The position numbers and the translations under genes were made by a program. 64,000 bases of DNA from an uncultured bacterium. GTDB lineage: Bacteria; Fermentibacterota; Fermentibacteria; Fermentibacterales; JCC-6. Under the pieces are notes generated by a model. It ran no database searches. It was given only the letters and a program-made list of their open reading frames with translations, and had not been told where the DNA came from. Shown here piece by piece: positions 38,089 through 47,492 of this stretch. Where the stretch lies: positions 8,386-72,385 of the forward strand of contig CBDUZS010000003.1 in NCBI GenBank assembly GCA_965371785.1, written 5' to 3'. Each line of letters starts with the position of its first letter. Position 1 is the stretch's first letter.

Positions 38089-39405
38089 ATGCAACTGAGC
38101 AGAAAACCATTAACGGGTATGCGGCAGCGCTACCCCGACACGATGCGGATAGAGAATTACGTTCTGGACGCCATCAGGAGAGCCGGTCTGTCTTACGGCT
38201 TCGAGGAGTATGACGCTCCCATTCTCGAACCGCTCGAGCTGTTCCTTGCCAAATCTGGAACCGAGCTTGCCAGGGAGCAGAGTTATAACTTCATCGACAA
38301 GGGTGATCGCGAGATAATACTGAGACCTGAATTGACCCCCTCTCTTGCACGAATGGTGGCTGCTGGAGGTGAACTCCTCTGGCCTCTCAGATGGATGTCT
38401 TTCCCTCTCTGTTACAGGTACGAGCGTCCCCAACGCGGTCGCGCACGAGAATTCCTGCAGTTCAACTGTGACGTATTGGGGTGTGAAGAACCACAGGCTG
38501 AACTGGATGTTTTTCTGGTTCTCAACCGCATCATGGGCAATCTTGGTGCAGATCTGAACACTTTCAGGATTGCCTGGTCCAGCAGACAGCTGGTTTCGTG
38601 CTGCCTCGAGAGAGCCGGGCTTACCCCGGGGGAACTGTCCGGAGCATTTGCAGCGATCGACAGGAAGGCGAAGATGGAGCCTCCCGTATGGGCTGACTTC
38701 CTGTCCGACAGGTTTGACGACCAGAGCAAGGTGTCTGCCATCAGGAAATTTGCAGAGATCGAGGATCTCGAAGATCCATGGGTGGCCTCCCTGGTTGGTG
38801 ATGAGGAATTCTACATCGAACTGTGCAAGTTCCAGCGCATGCTGGTCGAAAGCGGTCTCGATGCCGCCGTCTTCGATCCGGTTATCGTACGCGGTCTCGA
38901 TTACTACACCGGAATCGTCTTCGAGCTCGTGGACACCGGATCGCAGAACAGGAGGTCTCTGTGCGGGGGAGGACGATACGACGATCTCGTTGGTCTTTTC
39001 GGTGGTAAGAATGTGTCGGGCGTGGGCTTCGGGCTGGGTATCCTTACCCTCACTCTCTTTCTGGAGACTTACGGTCTGATCCCGGGAGACGTGGGCCGAT
39101 CACGTGAAGCGCAGTTGTTCATGACCGTCTACAGCCCCGACGTGAGAGGTGCTGCTCTGAGCTCAGCCGAGGTGCTCAGGAATGGTGGTATTGCAGTCGA
39201 GATGTACCTGGGAAAAAAGGATCTCTCTAAACAGTTCAGACTTGCATCAAGGCTTGGAATACCATGGGTTGCCGTAATCGGTCCTGACGAGGTGGGAACT
39301 TCCACCATCAATCTGAAGAACATGGAAACCGGACAGCAGTACAACGTACCCCTGGAAGACGTCCCGGCAATACTTGCGGTCCGCGATTCGACACACCTTT
39401 GCTGA
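38089..39405 (+). CDS. hisS: histidyl-tRNA synthetase
   Basis: Class II motifs (RPELTPS, FQFNCDVLG, GGGRYDDL, GFGLG) and a C-terminal anticodon-binding domain. Confidence 0.9.
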   Translation: MQLSRKPLTGMRQRYPDTMRIENYVLDAIRRAGLSYGFEEYDAPILEPLELFLAKSGTELAREQSYNFIDKGDREIILRPELTPSLARMVAAGGELLWPLRWMSFPLCYRYERPQRGRAREFLQFNCDVLGCEEPQAELDVFLVLNRIMGNLGADLNTFRIAWSSRQLVSCCLERAGLTPGELSGAFAAIDRKAKMEPPVWADFLSDRFDDQSKVSAIRKFAEIEDLEDPWVASLVGDEEFYIELCKFQRMLVESGLDAAVFDPVIVRGLDYYTGIVFELVDTGSQNRRSLCGGGRYDDLVGLFGGKNVSGVGFGLGILTLTLFLETYGLIPGDVGRSREAQLFMTVYSPDVRGAALSSAEVLRNGGIAVEMYLGKKDLSKQFRLASRLGIPWVAVIGPDEVGTSTINLKNMETGQQYNVPLEDVPAILAVRDSTHLC

Positions 39406-39442
39406 TGTCCGTTATTCTACATGGATCAGACGGCAGGATCAG

Positions 39443-41770
39443 ATGCAGGCTGAAGTAAGACCGATTCTCAAGGCGCCGAGATCAAGGCTTGTATGGGTGC
39501 TGGCATCGGTTATTGCTGCCGCTCTTCTCTTCGTACCCCGTCTTCTGCCCGATCTCGTCATGTACGCCGCTTTCACTGCGGCACTTGCCGGGTCGATGTT
39601 GTACATCGGTCTTGCCGGTCAGTTCTCCGGACTGAGTCTCTCCCGCCGGCTTGGTCTGGTTCTTCTGACCGTACTCGTAATGTGGCTCCTGTCCGTACTG
39701 CTGCCGTCACTTGAAACGGTGCCCGTTTCCCCCGACTCCGTTGAAGCCGCAGAAACGGAGGAAGCCGCGCAGCAGGAATCCCTGATCCTGCCCGATTCCT
39801 CAATGCATCTCAGGGACTCCATCGACCGTCTATCGATGAGCAGCCGGCACTTCTTCAGTGATGTCATGACCATCGAATCGGCAGGTCCTTTCAGTGAGAT
39901 TCTGGGTGTGCTGGGAGACGCAACGGGTGCAACCGCAGGAGTCTTTGTGGAAACGGTCTTTTCCGCATCCAATATCGGTTACTCCGACAGCATTCATCAG
40001 GCAGCACCCGAGAGGCTCCGCAACCCGAGACTGCTCCTGATCACCCTGTCGGGCGCGGCTTCCGCCGTACTGCTTCTTGTTCTCCTGAGGGGTCTGGTAA
40101 TGGTAGACAGAAAGGGGAGCACCCTCAGGACGTTCAGAGTCCTCGTTATCCTCGTCTTTCTCCAGGTTTTCTACGTTGCTCTCGGGCTCGAGAACCTTGC
40201 GATAATGAGCAGGACGTACATTGTCGATCTACAGATCAACATCCCCTACGTGCTGGTGATCCTGTGGGCGGTGGTCAACGGATTCAGAAACAAGTGGATC
40301 AATTACCTCAACAGGTCGTCGAAGTACCTGCTCCTTCTTGGCAGCGGTGTGGTTGCGGTCCTTTCATGGAATATTCTGCAGGACTATATGAACGGGCAGC
40401 TCACGATGGCGGGAGTTGCCGCCGGCACACTGTGGGGAACGGTTGCGACCGTAATTACCATTTACAGTGGAATGGCATTCATCTCACTGCTCATGCAGCT
40501 TCCTGCTGCCAAGCTGCTGGACAAGAAGTTCAACGAACTCCGAACACTGCAGGGGCTCAGTCAGATTGTCCATTCGACGATTAACAGGGAGAGACTCTCC
40601 TCCATTGCCGTGGATCTGGGGAGGAATCTGATAGGAGCTGACCTCAGCTGGATCGTTCTTCTTCGAAAGGACTCGGGGTTCGAACTGAAGGCTGCGGCCG
40701 GGACCGATGCGGTTCGTCTCGAAGTACTGTCGGATGACTGGTATCGCAACCTGATGGACAGGCTGGTCAATTCCAACGGCTGCCTGCTGTTGAACAACTT
40801 CCCCAGGAGTCAGCTCGGCAGAACCGTTGGGAAGGGATTCCCGAGGACAGGCTCTCTTATCGCTTCGATAATCGAACTCCAGGGGGAGAAGATCGGTATC
40901 CTCCTTTCTGCGGGCACCAAACAGTTCGCTTTTACCGATGACATCAGAGAGGTGTACAGTACCTTTGCCAGGCAGATAGCAGTCGCATTCAGCACATCCC
41001 GTCTCATCGAATCAAGCATAGAAAGGGAAAGACTCGAGGAAGAGCTCAGCCTTGCCCGGGGCATTCAGATGAGCCTTCTTCCGGCGGAACTCCCGGTTAT
41101 AAAGGGATACGATATCTCTGCGATAAGTGTGCCGAGCAGGAAGGTCGGAGGTGATTTCTACGATGCCATCCACATGGCCGATGGCAGGTGCGCAATAGCC
41201 ATTGCGGACGTTGCGGGCAAGGGAGCTTCCGCTGCTCTTCTGATGGCAGCGCTCCAGGCCGGCCTTCATGCTCTGCTGGAGGATTCTGTCAGCGTTACCG
41301 GTATCGTCACGAAACTGAACCAGCTTGCTTTCAACAGAATGCCCGAGGACAAATTCATTACTTTCTTTCTCGGTTTCCTCGATCCTGTCGAGCATACGTT
41401 TACTTACTGCAGTGCGGGACATGATTATCCACTTCTGGTCAGGTCCGATGGATCCGTAATCGAACTCGGTCAAGGAGGGCTTGTTCTCGGTGTTCTCGAG
41501 CGAGTGGACTACGAACACGGGAAGGTCAGTTTTCATCCGGGAGACAGGTTGATTCTCTACACCGACGGGATAACCGAGACCTTTGACTCAGAAGGCAAAG
41601 AGGAGTTCGGAAGGGAAAGGCTGCTCAACATCCTCAGGAACCACCCCTCCTTTTCCGCGTCTGAGTTACTGGAAAGGGTGATCTACCTGGTCGATTCGTA
41701 CAGGGGAGACTCTTCCCAGGCTGACGACATGACTCTTGTGATCGTTACTGGATTGGAAAATAATGTCTGA
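39443..41770 (+). CDS. membrane sensor with GAF domain and PP2C-type (SpoIIE/RsbU) Ser/Thr phosphatase domain
   Basis: About 8 N-terminal TM helices and a GAF-like middle. C-terminal PP2C motifs (GGDFYD, IADVAGKG, FTYCSAGH, LYTDGITE). Start is ambiguous (39374 or 39443); 39443 avoids overlap with hisS. Confidence 0.75.
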   Translation: MQAEVRPILKAPRSRLVWVLASVIAAALLFVPRLLPDLVMYAAFTAALAGSMLYIGLAGQFSGLSLSRRLGLVLLTVLVMWLLSVLLPSLETVPVSPDSVEAAETEEAAQQESLILPDSSMHLRDSIDRLSMSSRHFFSDVMTIESAGPFSEILGVLGDATGATAGVFVETVFSASNIGYSDSIHQAAPERLRNPRLLLITLSGAASAVLLLVLLRGLVMVDRKGSTLRTFRVLVILVFLQVFYVALGLENLAIMSRTYIVDLQINIPYVLVILWAVVNGFRNKWINYLNRSSKYLLLLGSGVVAVLSWNILQDYMNGQLTMAGVAAGTLWGTVATVITIYSGMAFISLLMQLPAAKLLDKKFNELRTLQGLSQIVHSTINRERLSSIAVDLGRNLIGADLSWIVLLRKDSGFELKAAAGTDAVRLEVLSDDWYRNLMDRLVNSNGCLLLNNFPRSQLGRTVGKGFPRTGSLIASIIELQGEKIGILLSAGTKQFAFTDDIREVYSTFARQIAVAFSTSRLIESSIERERLEEELSLARGIQMSLLPAELPVIKGYDISAISVPSRKVGGDFYDAIHMADGRCAIAIADVAGKGASAALLMAALQAGLHALLEDSVSVTGIVTKLNQLAFNRMPEDKFITFFLGFLDPVEHTFTYCSAGHDYPLLVRSDGSVIELGQGGLVLGVLERVDYEHGKVSFHPGDRLILYTDGITETFDSEGKEEFGRERLLNILRNHPSFSASELLERVIYLVDSYRGDSSQADDMTLVIVTGLENNV

Positions 41771-42113
41771 TAGTACGTTACGGGACTTTTTGAAAGACAG
41801 GCAGAAACTCGATGAAACCGTGCTAGGCTACGCTGACAGTACGGTGAAGCGCTTCTACAGCCTGGATGCCGCCGCGTACAGGGATGGTTCACTTTCATCA
41901 CGCTCGAAAGAGCTCCTCGGACTCGTGGCCTCTCTTGTCCTGAGATGTGACGACTGCATTACATGGCATCTTTCCAGATGTTACGAGGAGGGCGTCTCAA
42001 CGGAGGAACTGGTCGAAACGCTAGGCATCGGTATGCTGGTCGGTGGCTCCGTAACAATTCCACATGTCCGGAAGCTTCTGGATCACTGGAGCAGACTGCT
42101 GGAGGAAAAATGA
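41763..42113 (+). CDS. carboxymuconolactone decarboxylase / AhpD-like family protein
   Basis: 116 aa with a CxxC-x3-H motif (RCDDCITWH), typical of the AhpD core. Confidence 0.7.
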   Translation: MSDSTLRDFLKDRQKLDETVLGYADSTVKRFYSLDAAAYRDGSLSSRSKELLGLVASLVLRCDDCITWHLSRCYEEGVSTEELVETLGIGMLVGGSVTIPHVRKLLDHWSRLLEEK

Positions 42114-42625
42114 TCGCTTCCTCGAGGAGGGAAGAGGTCCTCAGGGAACTGCGGAAGAGAACACGGAACATTCTGGCCGAATCCCTGACGGCAGAAGAAG
42201 GGCTGGAGGAGTTGTGTAAAATGCTCCGGTCTGCCGGTCTCGATTACGACTGGGTCGGTTTCTACCTCGTTAGTCCGGCAGAGAAGGATACTCTTTTCCT
42301 TGGCCCCTTCGCGGGGGAACCAACGGACCACGTCGTGATTCCTTTCGGAAGCGGAATATGCGGACAGGCTGCCGCGGCGGAAGAGACATGCGTAGTGGCC
42401 GATGTGGCAGCAGAATCGAACTATCTGTCATGCAGCTCGTCGGTGAGATCTGAAGCGGTCATCCCGCTCTTCTCCGATGGAAGGCTGGTGGGAGAGCTGG
42501 ATATCGATTCGCATACCCCCAACGCATTCAAAAGGATCGATATGGAGTTTCTTACCGGTGTAGCCGAGCTGGCTTCGAGTGCCGCAGCAGAAATGCTGGC
42601 AGGACATGACCGTCCCGGAAGCTGA
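42110..42625 (+). CDS. GAF-domain protein (free methionine-R-sulfoxide reductase/MsrC-like)
   Basis: 171 aa with a single GAF fold (...DWVGFYLV...ICGQAA...VIPL...GELDIDS). GGAGG RBS, and an ATGA overlap with the upstream gene. Confidence 0.65.
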   Translation: MIASSRREEVLRELRKRTRNILAESLTAEEGLEELCKMLRSAGLDYDWVGFYLVSPAEKDTLFLGPFAGEPTDHVVIPFGSGICGQAAAAEETCVVADVAAESNYLSCSSSVRSEAVIPLFSDGRLVGELDIDSHTPNAFKRIDMEFLTGVAELASSAAAEMLAGHDRPGS

Positions 42626-44108
42626 TCCTTCCGGCCCGGGCAGGTCGGGATTCAGGGGAGCGTTCAGCTCCCGTGCCGTAACTGCAGGTCTCCTGGTCCT
42701 TTCAATCCTCTTCGTTGCCGGCATTCTTCTCGAAGGCTTTCTTCCCGTTGCTGCCGTACTCGCCGTGTTGATGATTCTCTTCATGATCAGCGGTTCAGGT
42801 GTGCGGATTCTCGCTCTCGTTCTCGGGCTGCATATCGTTCTCACGCTTTCCCAGCTCCAGTTCTACAGTGTATACCTCGGTTTTCTCAGGATAAGACCAG
42901 ACGATATGCTCGTACTGTGGCTGGGTATTGTCTGGATCGGTGCAGTTATCGATGGCAGAACTTGCGGCATCAGGTACGGTTTCTCAGGCAGGCTGATAGT
43001 CGTTTTCCTGCTCCTGATCGGAATCGCCTCGCTGAGAGGTCTTGCCGGGAACGTTGAATCGTCTGCCGTGGCCATACAGGTAAAGACCTTCGGAGGGTAC
43101 CTCTTCTTCTTTCCCGCTATGTGGATTGTCAGGAACGGAAAGGCACGGAGAATCCTGTGGATCGTGATTCTCTCAGCGGGAATTATTGCCGCGCTGATCT
43201 TCATGATGAAGGGTATCACCGGTATTGGAGAGGGAGTCTACTACCGGGCAACGACAGGTCTCCGGATCGCAACCAAGCAGCCGAATGCAATTGCCGCGAC
43301 CATGCTGGTTCTGATAGCAATGCTGTGGAAAGCACGGAAGAAACCAGCTCTTCTGATAGCAATTCCCGCGCTGGTTGCGATGATCGGTGCAATCATAATA
43401 TCACAGACCAGGGCGTTATGGATCGGTGTCATCCTGTCCCTGGCCGCAGCCTGGGTTCTCAACATGTTCAGGCGAGAGGAGGGTGTCTCACTCCGCAGGA
43501 AACTGGTAGTAACGGCGGGAGCGGCCCTTCTCATTCTCCTGCTGTCGATTTTCGTGATCTCTCAGCTTGGAATCATCTCGGGAGAGGATATCGCGGAGAG
43601 GACCGAATCCGAATCGGGGAATTACCTCAGGGATACATCGGTGCTGGCCAGACTGCTGTCCTGGAGTGCGGTAGCCGAGGAGATGACGGGCGCATCCGTA
43701 CTCTTTGGCCGTGGGTTCGGAGCAACGATAACTTACTACAGACCCGATTACTACTCGGTGAGGACTCTTTTCTACGTGGACGGATCCTTCTTTCAGACGG
43801 CTCTCAACATGGGGCTGCTGGGCTGCCTGATACTCGGGCTGATATGGGCAGTTGCCATCGGAGGTTCCGCAAAGCTCTTCCTGCGAACCAGGGATCCGGA
43901 TAGAGCAGCATCGGCTCTCGGTATATTCTGTGCCCTCTCCGCCATCCTGGTCGCCTCGGTTACGGCGTCCCCGATCACCAGTTATCGCTACACCGTGTTC
44001 TGGGCTCTGCTGATGGCTCTTCTGCAAACGGAGCTGAACATCGAGAAGGATCAGGCTCATCTCCCGGCTCACGCTACCGGTAAACCTTCACAGAATGTTG
44101 TATATTAA
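42606..44108 (+). CDS. O-antigen ligase/polymerase-like (Wzy_C) polytopic membrane protein
   Basis: About 12 TM helices with a Wzy_C-like loop (IISQTRALWIGVILSL). Start is ambiguous (42579 or 42606). Confidence 0.65.
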   Translation: MTVPEADPSGPGRSGFRGAFSSRAVTAGLLVLSILFVAGILLEGFLPVAAVLAVLMILFMISGSGVRILALVLGLHIVLTLSQLQFYSVYLGFLRIRPDDMLVLWLGIVWIGAVIDGRTCGIRYGFSGRLIVVFLLLIGIASLRGLAGNVESSAVAIQVKTFGGYLFFFPAMWIVRNGKARRILWIVILSAGIIAALIFMMKGITGIGEGVYYRATTGLRIATKQPNAIAATMLVLIAMLWKARKKPALLIAIPALVAMIGAIIISQTRALWIGVILSLAAAWVLNMFRREEGVSLRRKLVVTAGAALLILLLSIFVISQLGIISGEDIAERTESESGNYLRDTSVLARLLSWSAVAEEMTGASVLFGRGFGATITYYRPDYYSVRTLFYVDGSFFQTALNMGLLGCLILGLIWAVAIGGSAKLFLRTRDPDRAASALGIFCALSAILVASVTASPITSYRYTVFWALLMALLQTELNIEKDQAHLPAHATGKPSQNVVY

Positions 44109-44155
44109 CCACTGATCTCCAGGTAGTACTGACTCCGAAGGGATACCGGTCAGAC

Positions 44156-47100
44156 GTGCGAGTTTCGTGCTTTTTCCTGCTGTTCTGTCTTCTGTTGACT
44201 GTGCAGGCCGAGGTGCCTTCCTACCTCGTCTCCTGCAGCGAGGAAGAGTTTCAGTACATGAACAGTCACTGGCAGGAAGAGATCGAGATCGAATGCACCG
44301 TTGTCAGGGAAGACACGGTTTACACCGGCTGCCTGATGCGGATACGCGGAGACAGCTCTCGTGGTTTTCCGAAGAAATCCTACCGCATCACTTTTTCGAT
44401 AACCGATCCACTGGATGGAAGATCCAGATGGAACTTCAATGCGGAATATCTCGATGAATCCTACATGCATACCTGGCTCTTTGCCAGGGTACTGGACGAA
44501 CTCGATTATCCCTGTTTCGATGTCGAATACGGAATGCTCTACGTCAACGACAACTACCGCGGACTCTACGTCAGATGTGAGCCGGTCGACGAGCAGTTCC
44601 TCCTGGAAAACGCTCTGGACCCGGATGGCAATCTCTACAAGGCTGCCGTCGATGGCTCCTGTCTCAGCATCTGGGACAACGTCACGGAAGTCTGGGAAAA
44701 ACGAACCAACGAGGGTCAGGGGTGGAACGACCTCTTCGAGCTGATCGCGGACATCGAGAGTTCACCGCCGGACAGCGTACTGGATCTCGTCTCGAACAGA
44801 TTCCACCTGAACGATCTGCTCACGATCTCGGCAGTCAACCTTCTCACAAGCAACACGAGCACGTACTACCACAATTATTTTCTTCACCACGACATCTGGG
44901 GATCGAACAGATGGACAATGCTTCCCTGGGATGTAGACAAGACTTTCTGGAGTACCGGCTGGCCGTACTACTTTCCGAACAACCAGCACTGGCACGACAA
45001 CCCTCTCCACAGGAAGCTCATGCTCGATCCGTTCTATCTCGAGATGCTCTTTGCGAGGATGAACGCAATCTGCGAGTCAGTGCTCAACGGCACCTTCGTC
45101 GATCCACTGCTGGATTCCCTTCAGGTCGAACTCTCAGCGGCCGTCGATGCGGATACGCTCGATAATACCGATCTCGCCGGTTTTCTTGCCTCATCAGACT
45201 CCATCGGCAGCTGGTTCATTCCGGGCAGGATGGCAGCACTCCAGTACGAGTACGACCATACATGTCGTCCATTTTCGGCAAACAGGGGGGATTCCTCAGG
45301 GGTAGCGGGTTACTCCGCATCCTGGGCAACGGCTTACGATCCCGACGGCGACCCCGTTACCTACAAGGTAACCGTGTCCACCGCACTCTGGGATCCCGAT
45401 TCGATTGTTGCCGTCTACGAGGATCTCACCGACACCTGTCTCACGATAACCGGGCTCGAACCCGGCAGCTACATCTGGAAGGTACAGGTCGAGCAGGGAT
45501 GGAGAATCATCGAAGCCTACGATCGCTGCAATCGGTTCGAGATATCTGAAGGAACACCTCTGTCCGGTGTGCTGCAGGGAACCACATACCTGACCTTTGA
45601 CGATTCACCATATCTCGTTACCGGGGATATCACCGTTCCCTCCGGCTCCGCTCTATTCATAGAGGCAGGTGTCGAACTTCGTTTCTCGGCAGGAACCAGG
45701 CTCACATGCAACGGCTCCATGCAGACCACGGGCAATTCACAGGACTCCGTGAGATTCTGTTCGGATATCCAATCGGAGTCATGGGCAGGGATGCTGCTCA
45801 GTGGAGGTCCGAAATCGCTCTTCGAGTACGCGGTGTTCTCTGGAACGACAGGATACGGAGAGCTGCCGCAGCACCAGGCAGGTTTATGTGTGCTGAACAA
45901 CGATATCGACCTCCTGAACTGTTCTTTCAGAGATAACCTGAATTGCGTAAAGGTCATAGACGGAAACGTCACCATAAGGTATTGCGATTTCTCGGGTGGG
46001 AATTCGGGTGAGCTCTTCATCATAGGAGACGGAAGGGGAGCTCTCATCGAGGATTCAAGCTTCGGTAATCTCATCGATCCTCCGAGTGACGTATTCGATG
46101 CCGTCGAGTTCGTGAACTGCACCGATGGTGATTTCATCGTCCGGCGGTGCCATATCTGGAACATCTACGGTGACGGAATAGATTCGAATGGAAGTGACAT
46201 ATCCTGTTCCGATAACATCGTACACGACATTCTGGACAAGGGGATATCCCTGGGAACATGGACGGGAGGGATGGGGATTCCGTTCGAGGCCGAGCTTACC
46301 GGCAACATCATCTATTCCTGCTCGACCGGGATCGCGGTCAAGGACGGTATCGTTGCCCTGCTGGACCGCACGACCGTCTCGATGTGCGGGACTGGAATCA
46401 GTCTCTACGAGAAGACGCCCGGATACGGCGGCGGGTATGCAGAAGTCGTCAATTCCATATTCTGGGACAACGACACGACCGCCCTGGTCGATCCCTTTTC
46501 GACTCTGTACATCGACTACACCCTTACGGGAAGCGAGGAGCCCTGGCCGGGAACGGGGAACATCGCAGCCGATCCCGTCTTCCTGGACCAGCTCGATGGG
46601 GATTTCCACCTGAGATTCGATTCCCCATGCATCGATGCCGGTATTCCAGGAGACCTGGACCCTGACGGAACAAGGGCAGATATGGGGGCAATCTTCTTCC
46701 CACAGGTGTTCGATCAGCTCTTCATCAACGAGCTGCAGGCATCGAACCTGACCACGATAGCCGATGCCTGGGGAGATTATGGAGACTGGCTGGAAATACA
46801 CAACAGCGCCCGCTGGGACGCTGATCTCAGCTGGGTCTACCTCTCAGATGATCCATCCGAACCTGACATGTGGAGATTCCCCAGCGGTACCCTCGTTCCC
46901 GCAAACGGATTCCTGCTCGTCTGGGCAGATGATGACTACTGGAAAGCGGGGCTTCACCTTCCATGGAGACTTGCAGCATCGGGAGACAGCATCTACCTGT
47001 CCGTGGCGGTAGCGGAAAACGGGCGAACGATAGTTTCACGGATCGATGAAATCGAGTTCGGGAGCATGCCTCCCGACAGTTCCTTCGGCAGAATACCCGA

Positions 47101-47461
47101 CGGCGGCTCCGAATGGCGTTTATTCGTAACCCCTACACCGGGATACTCAAACGGAGGAGTCGGCCCCTCTCCAGGATTTCTTGCCGCGGGTTACCCGTTT
47201 CCCAATCCATGTTTCGGAAGTGTTCTGGCTCTCGATCTCGAGATCGACCAGGGATGGACGACCGTTTCTGTGTACGATCTCTCGGGAAGGCTCATACGGA
47301 TTCTTGACAATCGAATGATGGTTTCCGGGCTGCACAGGATCTGGTGGGATCTTCTGACCGCCGACGGAATCAGGGTGCCGGATGGTGTCTACCTGATCCT
47401 TTCCGAACATGCGGGAGCGATTCCCGTGGCCAGGAAAGTAGTTGTCCTTCAACAGCAGTAG
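44156..47461 (+). CDS. large secreted protein: CotH-kinase-like domain, FN3, parallel beta-helix repeats, lamin-tail domain, T9SS-type C-terminal sorting domain
   Basis: Signal peptide, then a CotH-like block (FPKKSYRITF...YLDESYMHTWLFARVL...YVNDNYRGLYV). Right-handed beta-helix repeats (NosD/pectate-lyase-like). LTD block (DWLEIHNSA...VYLSDD...LVWADDD). C-terminus VSVYDLSGRLIRIL...GVYLIL, typical of por-secretion tails. Confidence 0.8.
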   Translation: MRVSCFFLLFCLLLTVQAEVPSYLVSCSEEEFQYMNSHWQEEIEIECTVVREDTVYTGCLMRIRGDSSRGFPKKSYRITFSITDPLDGRSRWNFNAEYLDESYMHTWLFARVLDELDYPCFDVEYGMLYVNDNYRGLYVRCEPVDEQFLLENALDPDGNLYKAAVDGSCLSIWDNVTEVWEKRTNEGQGWNDLFELIADIESSPPDSVLDLVSNRFHLNDLLTISAVNLLTSNTSTYYHNYFLHHDIWGSNRWTMLPWDVDKTFWSTGWPYYFPNNQHWHDNPLHRKLMLDPFYLEMLFARMNAICESVLNGTFVDPLLDSLQVELSAAVDADTLDNTDLAGFLASSDSIGSWFIPGRMAALQYEYDHTCRPFSANRGDSSGVAGYSASWATAYDPDGDPVTYKVTVSTALWDPDSIVAVYEDLTDTCLTITGLEPGSYIWKVQVEQGWRIIEAYDRCNRFEISEGTPLSGVLQGTTYLTFDDSPYLVTGDITVPSGSALFIEAGVELRFSAGTRLTCNGSMQTTGNSQDSVRFCSDIQSESWAGMLLSGGPKSLFEYAVFSGTTGYGELPQHQAGLCVLNNDIDLLNCSFRDNLNCVKVIDGNVTIRYCDFSGGNSGELFIIGDGRGALIEDSSFGNLIDPPSDVFDAVEFVNCTDGDFIVRRCHIWNIYGDGIDSNGSDISCSDNIVHDILDKGISLGTWTGGMGIPFEAELTGNIIYSCSTGIAVKDGIVALLDRTTVSMCGTGISLYEKTPGYGGGYAEVVNSIFWDNDTTALVDPFSTLYIDYTLTGSEEPWPGTGNIAADPVFLDQLDGDFHLRFDSPCIDAGIPGDLDPDGTRADMGAIFFPQVFDQLFINELQASNLTTIADAWGDYGDWLEIHNSARWDADLSWVYLSDDPSEPDMWRFPSGTLVPANGFLLVWADDDYWKAGLHLPWRLAASGDSIYLSVAVAENGRTIVSRIDEIEFGSMPPDSSFGRIPDGGSEWRLFVTPTPGYSNGGVGPSPGFLAAGYPFPNPCFGSVLALDLEIDQGWTTVSVYDLSGRLIRILDNRMMVSGLHRIWWDLLTADGIRVPDGVYLILSEHAGAIPVARKVVVLQQQ

Positions 47462-47492
47462 TTGGTAAAAAATAACCGGAGGTTAAAAGAGA

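Noticed and set aside
37096-38094. 332-aa minus-strand ORF opposite the PAS-GGDEF gene.
   Set aside because: Antisense shadow. Its translation is Arg/Pro-rich without domains.
45517-46801. Minus-strand ORFs 45517-46164 and 46055-46801.
   Set aside because: Antisense to the beta-helix region of the CotH/LTD protein.
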